Shown here: positions 49,201 to 61,200 of the stretch, in pieces
Layout: each line of letters begins with the position of its first letter
Position numbering within the stretch: position 1 is the stretch's first letter
Assembly (NCBI GenBank): GCA_038087875.1
Contig: CM075977.1
Location: forward strand, 127,844,001-127,908,000
Direction: 5' to 3'
DNA: 64,000 bases
From: Malacoraja senta
Lineage: Eukaryota
The notes under the pieces: model-generated
The model's database searches: none
Told to the model about the DNA's origin: nothing
What the model saw: the letters and a program-made list of their open reading frames with translations, nothing else
Position numbers and translations under genes: made by a program

Positions 49201-52200
49201 GGTTGTTAACGGCTTCCCCACTTTGGGATTATACACATTACAGAATCAAAGTAAAATAACTCTTGTAAAATATAAATTTACTATTAAAATAAATTTCACA
49301 GTTTTAAATTGAATCATTGTTCTATTCCAATATTACATTAATGTGTTCTTAGTTTTGATTGGAAATTCAAAGATATTTCTAAGCTTTACAATGGTCAGGC
49401 TATTAGTGCCAGGGTACAGTGAATATGACATTATCTTAATGTGTCTTGTATGCATTAGAAACTCTCACTGCCATTTCTCAGGACAAAAGTTAATGAGTGC
49501 AGAAGTTGTATTTTACCATTTGTTCTTTTGCCTGTTAATCATATTATAAAAGTGTTTTTTTTAGCTTCATCTTTATATACTAGGAAAGCACATCCTCAAG
49601 CTAAATGAATCAACTTTTTTTGTTTGAGAACTGACAGGAGAATGTTTAACTGCAGGCAGGAATCATTTATAAAACCTTTAATAAACCTCTCACTATTTTA
49701 TTACTCGGGCCCGAGAGGCCATTGCAACAGCTTCTCAAGGCTGTCTTTTTAACACAAATGTTTAGATCCCTTTGGAGATCCGGTAATTTTCCTTTTTTAA
49801 AGTAGAAAACTCATTTCATGCAGACTGCTTAGCTTTCAGTTTTCATCCAGCCCACTTGGACCTTGTTTACTCTGTAGAATTACCTTGGACAAATATACAA
49901 ACCCAGCAACAAAAAACATTACCCAGATCCTTAATCTCAGTGAAGGAAAGGAGACACATTTAGACGGGAATGCAGAGAGATATAGAACAAATGAATGAAA
50001 GATATGCAAAAAAGTAACAATCATCTTTTTTGTTACTTTTTTACATTGTTACTTTTTTGCATATCTTTTATTCATTTGTTCTATATCTCTCTGCATCCCC
50101 GTCTATATCTCTCCTTTCCTTTTCTCCCCGACTATCAGTCTGAAGAAGGGTCTCGACCCGAAATGTCACCCATTCCTTCTCTCCAGAGATGCTGCCTGTC
50201 CCGCTGAGTTACTCCAGCATTTTGTGTCTATCTTGTCTATTTATTTGACTGTTTTTATACTGAAATGTTTTGGTTTATCATGGGTTTTACAGAGTAATTT
50301 GTTTACATAGCTGTTGTCCTGCTGCAAGTAAGAATTTCATTTTTCCATTTCGGGACATATGACAATAAAAAACTCTTTACTATCGATCTCCACCAAAGTC
50401 AACAAATTAGGGAGATGCAAATGGAGTCAGAGTTGGGTGTTAGAATGCCAGATCATTATGCATTAAATAATCTTTTTGGAATGAATCTTCATAATTCATG
50501 TATTATCATGCTGGGTTAACCAGCTACTGAGAGAAAGGTTATAGCAAATACTTCTATCAAAGTAATAAAAACAAAAAAAACAAAAAAACAAACACACACA
50601 ATACCAAGAGAATCTTACACCAGGTAAGAGTAGTAATAATTTATGACTTTTACTGCTGATAGCCCCAATAATATTCAGGAAAATTCTGATCACTACCTTT
50701 CCCATGGTGTTGTATTCTACTGCTATTTCTCGAAAGAAGAAATAGATATAATCCTTGTAATCCACAGCCTGGACAAAGTAAGGTTCTGTAACAAAATGAG
50801 GAAGCACATGTTTACTTATAGTTCAAACACTGAGTTCTAGTGTACAAGGGGAACAAAACAAACAACTGCATTTAATGCTCATGCCCAGTGTTTCCTCAGG
50901 AAAACTACTGGAGTTTGTTTTCAACGGTGTGATGTCGCATTCCCAAAAGCACCCAGTGAGACAGTTAATGTCAGATGATACAGAATGAATAATTTCATTA
51001 CCACTCTCTGCAGGCACCTTTACGCTGGAGAATGGATTTTAAATATCAAAGCTGTAACGTGACGATATAAAAAACATTCAACAAGGAGCCGTGGAGTTTT
51101 TCTATATCCCATGATGTCCTGAGGTGTGCCTTATGAGTATTGTGTGAAACCACTTGGACTTGACTCAAATTAAACCACATACGATAACAATTAGCATATT
51201 TCAAGTAAAATAAAAACCGCAAGATCTTTAGAAGTAAGAGATAATGGCTGTTTGGATGCCAGACAGCAAAGTATTCGAACAACATTTTTGTTTACTCACC
51301 TTTCAACCATTTTGAGTCATGTTTTACTGTCCGTAGTGTTGGACTTTCTCCAAGGCTCCGATATATAACAGCATCAATTGCAAGGAAGTCTGTTACAGTT
51401 GCTGAATAAAGCTTACCTTCTGGAAAAATAGAACACAAAAACACATGCTACATTAGACAATGCAGCTTTGATGGGAAATATGCAGTAAAAAGTTTGAAAT
51501 TCCATTAGATAATTGTATTAATATCATTTCAGTTCAAGATATTTTGGATGTTTTCTTGGATACCACGTTACTCCTATAAGCAGCCTAACTTTTTACATTC
51601 ACAAGTGCACTAGCATCATTCAAGGGTTTATCAACACTCTTTTCTTCCCCGAACTAAATATTTTATAAGACCTGATCAAATTTCACTCTGATTCAATTAA
51701 CTTCAAAACTCCTTCCAAGAGCAAGAAAAATAATTTTAAAATGACATTTATCACTATAAACTTTCATAGTCAAATCATGGATTTGAGCCAGCTCTGGACC
51801 AGAGCAATAAATTATGTGCAAGAAGGAACTGCAGATGTTCTCCACAGACTTCTTCTGGAGAAGGGCCTCGACCCGAAACGTTACCCATTCCTCCTCTCCA
51901 GAGATGCTGCGTGCCCCGCTGAGTTACTCCAGCATTTTGTGTCTAATATTTAGTGTTATCTCAGCTTTCCATTGTACATCTCCTGCTGGATTAAAAATTA
52001 TTCCTGAATCCTGGTCTAGATTTGTATTTCTGTGCTAGGAATTGCTTTTGAGTAATTTCTGAGTTTTAATGGCTAACTTAACAGTAACATTTGTTTTCAC
52101 ATAGAATTGCTGCAAGCACCCACTGTGGTAAAAAATCATCAGTAAATAACTTGTCATTATGAAGCACTGTGAATATAAATAATTTGTAAAGGCACTTTAC

Positions 52201-55200
52201 AAATGGGTGTATGGAAAGTGGGCTCTGATTCTCTAGGAAGGGACACCAAATGTATAGCTGAAGAGACAGGACTTGTGAAGGTTTTAAAGTGTAGAGGATA
52301 AAGAATTGAAGGGATTTAAGGAAGTTATTTTTGAGAATCAAGCCCAGACCATTGAAAGTTCTTGCCATTAATGATGCAAGGAGCACAGAATGTGAGTGTA
52401 AGGGAGACAAAATGCTGGGACATGTCAATTAGTATCTCTGATGATTATATTCAAAGTACTCAAAACCATTACAAGTTAACCCTATTATTAAATAAAAGTG
52501 AAATGTTTGTAAAAATAAAATTAAAATGCTTAAACATGCTGGAAAACACTGTTCAATAAAAATATAATTTACTTGAATGTCTTTTTGCACATTTCTCTCC
52601 AGGTCAAAACTCATGAATATTCACATGGCAAATTTCTTAGTGCAACTGGTTGAAAATTTCAGGAATTTGGGATGTAACCATTGGATTTCTTGAAGAGACC
52701 AACAGTTGGATTGACAGTGATGATCAGCTGAAAGGGAATTCAGGAGCTTTGCTGGGAAGTGCCAGCTTTCATGCGGATTTTTTTCTAGTCTATCATTGAC
52801 TGACATGATGTGCTGTGTGTGGCCATGTTATGGCTTGGCACTGAATAAGCCCTGAGGGATTTTTGCAGTGCCCTGAAAGTGACTTGAATGTAGTTCAAGA
52901 TACCCCAATGAGGGTGAGAAATGTGAATCTAAGGATCTGGGGACAGGAAGTCACTGTAAATCCATGACAGCATGTGAGACTTTGTGTGGGATAGGGAATA
53001 AAGAACAACCTTTAGGATAATCTGAATTTTAGTGGGGGACAGGGGGTTTGGTAAGAGAATGAACGAGCACTAGATTAGGAACGTTTACTGGTAATGTATT
53101 AACTGCTACTACTGTGAAGGTTCCCATTGGAATGATTCCGTTATTGATAGGTTGACTAAATTTACTGCTTTCTTTATGAACCCTCTGGTAAGGGAGAACA
53201 CATGGCTTCAGATTGAGAATACTCTTTGTGTGAGATCTATATTTCATAAGTTCACAATTCTATGGAAGAATTAGGCCATTCGGCCCATCGTTTACTTCGC
53301 CATTCATTCATGGCTGATCTATCTTTCCCTTTCAACCCCATTCTCTGGCCTCTGCCCCATAACCCGTCACCCGTGCAAATGTAGAATCTGTCAATCCCCG
53401 CCTTAAAAATATCCATTGACGGCCTCCACAGCCATCTGTGGCAATGAATTCCACAGATTCACCACCCTCTGACGAAAGAAATTCCTTCTCATCTCCTTTT
53501 CAAAAGTGTCCTTTTATTCTGAGGCTAGACTTTCCCACTAATGGAAACATCTTCTCCACATCGACTCTATCCGGGCCTTTCACTATTCAGTACAATTCAT
53601 TGAGGTCCCCCTTCACTCTTCTAAACTCCAGCAGGTACAGGCCCAGTGCCTTCAAGCGCTCATCATATGTTAACCCAAACATTTGTGAGGGGAGAGCGAG
53701 GATGGGGGAGTTCAAAAGAATGCATTTTGACTGAATGTTGAATTACCTATCACAAAGTCCAGAAAGTTTCTTACCAGCAAATAGTGCAACGTTTGCATGT
53801 TTTGGATCATAAGGGCACCTTGCCATTCCACTGATATTGTCATCTCCAAGGACTTCCAGGGTCTCCAACTGAAACAAGCAAGGAGAAATCATGATCAAAT
53901 TCCAGAACAAGTGGTCATATTGTTCAAAACCTCAGTGAGCCTTGCATAATGCATTTTACTCATCAGGGATGACCGTCTACCCCCATTTCTTCCATCCCAG
54001 CTTCAAAATATGCTGCTGTTTTTGTTTTAAGAGCTAAAACGAAACAGTTTTTAAATTTGTATTAAACCTGCCTCAGTGGTGGGTCTCATAGCTCAGCCAT
54101 AGAAGGTTGTTTGAAATATAAACAGAGGATGCAGGAAACACTCCGCGGGTTAGTGAGCAACATTAGAATCACTTGACCAGACATATTAATCCCTTTTCAC
54201 AAGTTCACGTTATAGGAGTAGAATTAAGCCATTCGGCCCATCGAAACCACTCTGCCATTCAATCATGGCTGATCTCTGCCTCCTAATCCCATTTTCCTGC
54301 CTTCTCCCCATAACCCTTGGCACCCATTCCACAGATGCTACCTGACCTGCCGTGTATTTCCAGCAGTTTCTGTGCTTTTGTTATTTCAGATCTATAACAT
54401 CAGTATTTTCATGATTCTCTTTTTTAATGTAATGGAAGCTGATAATTCAGTCCATTATTGACAGAAGATTGTTCAATGGAAGGGTCAGCTTTTAGATCAG
54501 ATAAGAAGGGAAAGACCCATCTGCCTCTGAAGCAACACCAATATATTCAGAAGAACAGCATTATTTTAGATACATAGATACATAGAAAATAGGTGCAGGA
54601 GTAGGCCATTCGGCCCTTCGAGCCTGCACCGCCATTCAATATGATCATGGCTGATCATCCAACTCAGTATCCCGTACCTGCCTTCTCTCCATACCCCCTG
54701 ATCCCTTTAGCCACAAGGGCCACATCTAACTCCCTCTTAAATATAGCCAATGAACTGGCCTCAACTACCCTCTGTGGCAGAGAGTTCCAGAGATTCACCA
54801 CTCTCTGTGTGAAAAAGTTTTTCCTCATCTCGGTCTTAAAGGATTTCCCCCTTATCCTTAAGCTGTGACCCCTTGTCCTGGACTTCCCCAACATCGGGAA
54901 CAATCTTCCTGCATCTAGCCTGTCCAACCCCATAAGAATTGTGTACGTTTCTATAAGATCCCCTCTCAATCTCCTAAATTCTAGCGAGTATAAGCCAAGT
55001 GTTGGCTTATACTCTCCAGTGTTCTGAGCAACCTTCCAAACACCACACAAAAACATATCCATTAGTTCTTTCTCCTGTAGTTTGCTGACAATGCAATACA
55101 TTGTTTGTTATGTTCATTGTTAGGAATATGTCATTAGCTATGTAATAACTTGAAGAATTTAGGGCAAGTACTGCACAAAATCCAAATCATTTTTGATTTT

Positions 55201-58200
55201 GAAGATGGGCACAAAAAGCGTGAGTAACTCAACGAGTCAGACAGCATCTCTGGAGAGGCAATGTTTCGGGTCGAGACCCATCCTCGGATTTTATTGAGAG
55301 GTATTTAAACATGGAAGGGAGTTAATTTGAGATTAAATGTAAAAGGATATCAAGGTGTTTAACGTTCCAACACTTCTGCAGTTTGATTTAATGTAAAAGG
55401 CAGTTTATTTTACCCTGCCATCCCACGAGCTGCCTATAAGTTTGGTCATTTACCTTGCTGCACTTAAATAAGAACACAGACAAGTCACAAAGGGACGGGA
55501 AGATCTAATTTCAGACTGGTGGCCAGTGTGAGACATTTCTAAGGAATTAGTAATGGTAAAGAATAGAAATAAGTGTAATGGTATTCAGTAGATGGTCATT
55601 ATTGGCCAATGAGCTAGTGCCTGAGTCTGCACTATTTCCATCAGTGGAATGGCAAATCAACAGGTGTGGTAATCAGTATCCTTTATTCAGTGAAGCACAT
55701 GGGGAAAGCATTAAATATTTGTATTACTCCCAGTGGCAAACCACTATGACAAAGCTGAGACACCAAAGACTTGCATTCGTTTGGAATGCAACAAGTTTCC
55801 AAACTTTGATCCACACCACTGAATGTAAAGCAAAGATTGAAATGTAAAAGCCGGGATGAAAGAAGATCAGTATCACCAGGTTAGTTACTGTAGAAGATTC
55901 ATCCGAAGAGCTGTTGTACTGACTTTCATTTCCCTAGATCAGGTAACTCTGATGAATATGATACCAACCTCTCTGTGAAACAGGACACCTGTTTGAGTAT
56001 AATGTGCAGAAAAACAAATTTCAAGCCAAGTTGAAGTGACCACTTTCTTGTGCTGCTTCCAGGTACTAAAACCCAGCAGCTGTCAAACCAATGAGCTTAA
56101 CAAGTCTGTCTGCTCCTCTCTCGATCTGGTGACTGCATTGACTGCAGATGTCTCTTTTCCAGATGTAATCTGCAATGGTAATTGAATTGCCGTGGCTTCT
56201 CTCCAGAAAATTGTGGAAACCTGCTAGGCTTCTCTATAGTTAAATTGTGCAGTTTGAGCTCTGCAGAATGTAGCAATGTCAAGCCTGCATGCTGTCTTTT
56301 TCTGATGCCGGGGGTTACGTGTTACTGATCACGGGTATGGCTGAACTTCAACCCGGCAGTAATTCACCTGCAAAAGCTCTGAGCCTCTTGTTCATCCCCT
56401 CATTCCCTGCCCTTTACAGCCTTCCCAGCCCACAAACATTCCCAGAACCATGCTGCGCTCATTTTGAAAGAAATAAGCTTTCTACAACTTCTACAAACTT
56501 CTACACATGCGCCGTAGAAAGAATCTTATCCGGATGCATCACAGCACGGTTTGGGAACAGCTCCAACCAAAATCGCAATAAATTGCAGAGAATTGTGGAT
56601 GCAGCCGAGAACCTCACACAAACCAACCTGCCTTTCATTGACTCCATTTACACTTCACGCTGCCTCAACAAGGCCAGCAGCCAAATCAAGGACGTGTATC
56701 ACCCAGTCACTTCCTCTTCTCCCCTCTCCCGCCAGGCAAAAGGTACAGATGTGTGAAAATGCACACTTCCAGATTCAGAGACATCTTCCCAGCTGCTATC
56801 AGGTAACTGAACCATCCTATCAACAACTAGAGAGTGGTTTTGAGTTACTACCTCTCATTGGAGACTATCTTTGAACTATCTTTAATTGGACTTTACTGGA
56901 CTTTATCTTGCACTAAACCTTATTCCGTTCATCGTGTGTCCGTACATCGTGGATGGCTCGATTGCAGTCATATATAGTCTTTCCGCTGGCAGGTTAACAA
57001 AAGCTTAAATGCAACAAAAGCCTCAACAAATGTTTCATCAGGTTTTTTCTGAAAGAATGCAGAAAGAAAGGATGACTTTACCTCCAATCTAACTATTTAC
57101 ATTTCTTTAAAAGGAATGCCTGGATCAATAATTATACTAAATGTGGACCATTTTTGCTTCACTCACTTGGAATCCATCAGTCCAGCACATTAGATATCCA
57201 AACAGCTTTCAATTGTAAGTATTAGAACAATCATTCTAATTGTTACACTCCTTACATAATATTTACGGAACATAAACAGGTCATTGTGACCAACAGATCC
57301 ATTACAGTGTGTTATGACTCTTCTTGAAAAATCTATTTTTTTAATGCCTTTCTCCCTCATACATTTATCAAACTTCCTCTTAAATCAATCCCTGCTGTTT
57401 GATTTTGTTTATAAATGATTTGTAACCACCATAGGCAAGGAAAGTAGGTCCTGAAATTAATAGAAATATTAATAACAAATATACATTTCTCGTGCCTGGT
57501 TCTGGTCTTGCCTACTTTTCTTACCAGTCATTTCAAAGACTTCCATAATCTTAGAGACCATTATCTCCTCACCCGCAGCATTGCCGTTTCTATTCATTTA
57601 TTCCTACAATAAATAATTCACAGTGCAAGGAGATTCACAAGAATGACACTTGTGTCCCTCTATCCATTTTATAAATCAGAATTGTTCAGACATTCTGAGT
57701 AACTGTAATACTATTTCTCTGCTCTTCAATTCTATCCCTCCGAAGGGAAAAAAAATGGAATGTTAAGGAATATTTAGTTTTTGCTATGTATTAAGAATTT
57801 ATTTCCACAATTACCAAAAAGTTGCAAAAAGTTCTTCTTTTTGTTAGAATATGAAAATAAAAGTTCAAATAATAGTTCGAAGATACAAAAAAATAATTTT
57901 GTTTTGACAAAATTATTATGTCAAAAATTGGAGAGAATTGAGCTTCCACTAAGTTTTTTTGGCTCTACATAGCTTGTAATTGCTTTAATTCAGGATTTAT
58001 TCACCAGAAATACATTTCAAACCACAATGAAAAGCTTGTTTGTATTTGGTACAGTCAGTAACTTGATCTTAGTTCACTCGCTATCTAGGGCATTTATTTG
58101 AGGTGTTTTAAAACCTTCTTCCCTTGTAATTTTCTATCACCCCAAAATATCTCTCAAATTACCAATTTCTTAAATCTGTGTTCACCATTGCCTTAACAAC

Positions 58201-61200
58201 AAACTGTTCTCATAAGCATCTTCTTGTCTAAGTACACACACTGCAACTGTGCTCTGGATTCTAATCATCTTCCACTATCATATTGACGAATAGATGTGAA
58301 AACAACAATGACTGACTAAAGTAAAAGGGGCCAATCAGAAACATAGATAGAAACATAGAAAATAGGTGGAGTAGGCCATTTGGCCCTTTAAGCCAGCACC
58401 CATTCAATATGATCATGGCTGATCATCTAAAATCAGTACCCCATTTCTGTTTTCTCCCCATATCCCTTGATTCCGTTAGCCCTAAGAGCTAAATCCAACA
58501 CTCTTGAAAACATCCAGTGAATTGGCCTCCACTGCCTTCTGTGGTAGAGAATTCCACAGTCACATCTCTCTGGGTGGAAATGTTTTTCCTTATCTCCGTC
58601 CTAAATGGCCTACCCCTTATCCTTAAACTGTCGCCCTTGGTTCTGGACTCCCCCAACATCGGAAACATGTTTCCTTCATCTAGCCTGTCCAATCCCTTAA
58701 TTTGATGTTTCTATAAGATTCCCTCTCATCCTTCTAAATTCCATACAAGCCCAGTCAATCCATTCTTTCATGAAGTACAGATGAGTGTGGGATAGTACAT
58801 GTATATTCACAAACAACATTTTCAAATATATATCAAGAATTTGTGATTGATTGAGTTTGCATGCAACTATTTAATTTTTGAATCTGAGTAGCTACTAATG
58901 CAAAGTTGCAGGAAGTACCACAATACAGCACATTATTAAACAACCATTTTTTTTTCTTTCATGGGACTTGAAAAGGAAGTATAACCTTTTAATCATCTCA
59001 CATCTCATACCTCCTGCATTTAGTTTTGATACTGTTAATATTGTGCTTGTTAATATTTTCACGTCGTATGGCCCTAAAAAAAATACAAGGTCAAATTGGA
59101 TTGGTTGCATTATTGCTACGGCCCTTTTACAAATGCCAATCTGTCACTCCATGATCCAAAGCTTGGATAGAATTGGTTTATACTGCATTGGCCAGTTGTT
59201 ATCTGAAGAGATCTGAATTAAAAGACACTAATAGGCTGTGGCATGTTAAAATTGGATTGTCTCCTTTAAACACAACACAAAGCCAGACTGTAAACCTTGG
59301 ACGGCATAAACATTCAGCTTAATTTGGATCCATATAATTGTTGTGTTATCTATGGTCAAAGTGCTTCTAAATACAGCATCTTTTAAAAAAACAAAACTCA
59401 GGAAATAAACAATCGATTTTACAATGTAATTCAGACAATGAATTGGAAAGAGTAACAATCACCTAACGTTGTTTCCAGCTTCTGAATCAGAGAGGCTTAT
59501 TAAGGAACATACCTTGTAGTTTCTGCATGAAGGGTTAAACGCATTTGTCCCACAGACAAATAAGGTATCATCATTTCTCTTCAGAAGCACTTTAATGAAA
59601 TTGTGGCATTCATCCTAAAGCGGCAACAACAACAAATTGTTACAACCAGCTCACAATACAATTATGTTTCATTATTCAATTATTATAGTGCACTATATCT
59701 CCAAAACTGTAAGTACAACTGAACAACAAGCTATTACTTCCCACCTCTATGCATTTACCATTGTAACAAATAGAGCCGTCAGCAGGGGCTCCCATTAGAA
59801 GAAAAAGCCAATGGTCAGGTTGATTGGAAATTGTGTTTTATCATGACAGACAGATAATCCACACTGAAGTGAAACCCATTAAGAAAATCTTGCCCACTTA
59901 CCTTATGTTTTCCCTTCATTCTACATATGTCTATATCAGCTTGTTTGGATCGCCAGGTTAACTTCTGTGAATATGAAAGTAAAACAGGCATTGAAATCAG
60001 AAACCATCTTATATAACATTATTTTTTAAATAAATAATATTCAGTATTGTGACTGGTATGTCCAAAGTTAGTGTGGTTCATTTTAATTTCTGTCCCTTAG
60101 CAATTTCATGCGGATACACAGAATCAGTTCCACACATATATATGACTTTATCATCCCCAGCTCTACCATATCACCACCTACGCATTGTCCTGCAAATTTG
60201 CAGAAGGCTTATCCAGCATCCGGAGATGTTGAGCAGAAATTTCCAAGTAAATGTGGGAATGTTATGAGAATGTTGCCAAAACCCGAAGACTTGGGCTATT
60301 GGGAGAGGGTGGGCAGGCTGGGACTTTATTCCTTGGAGTGCAGGAGACTGCCGGGTGATCTTATAGAGGTGCATAAAACCATAAGGGGAATAAAAGGGGT
60401 TAATGCACAGCGTATTTTACCCAAAGTAGGGGAATCAAGAACTAGTGGTCATGTGTTTAAGGTGTGAGGGGAGAGATTTAATAAGAACCTCAGGGGCAAA
60501 CTTTTCACAGAGAGGGTGGTGGGTGTATGGAATGAGCTACCAGAGGAGGTGGTTGAGGCAGGTACAATAACAACATTTAAAAGACACTTGGACAGGTACA
60601 TGGATAGGAAACATGTAGATGGATATGGCTGAAATGCAGGCAAATTGGAGTAGCTGAAAATGGACATCTTGGTCAACACGAATGGGTCGGGCCAAAGGGC
60701 CTCTTTCCAATCTGTCGAACTCTATGACTCCAAGACTGCAGGTACTATATCTCGTCCTTGTCAAAATTCTGTTCGCTATCTACCAACTCCTTCCATTTGC
60801 CTATCACCTGAAGCTAAACCATGCTTTTGGACATTTTCTCACATTGTAGTCCTTTCTCACGACATTGCAGGAGGCCATTCATCCCATCAAGTCCATGCCG
60901 GCCCTTGGGGAAGTCCCATCAGTCCCATTCCCCTACTTATTTTCCATATCCTATTCTCTCTGACATCATCACCTAAACTAGGAGCCAATCGACAGCAGCC
61001 GATTATCTTTGGGATTTGGGAGGAAACTAGAGTACCCGAGAAAAATCCATGCAGTCATAGTAAGAAAGTGCAAGACAGCATCTAAGGTCAGGATCACATC
61101 TTGATCTCTGGAGCTGTGCAATAGCAGCACCAACTGCTGCTTCACTTTGCCACCATCTAAGCACAGATTCAGAAGATGGTGTATAAGAGATGCACAGGTG

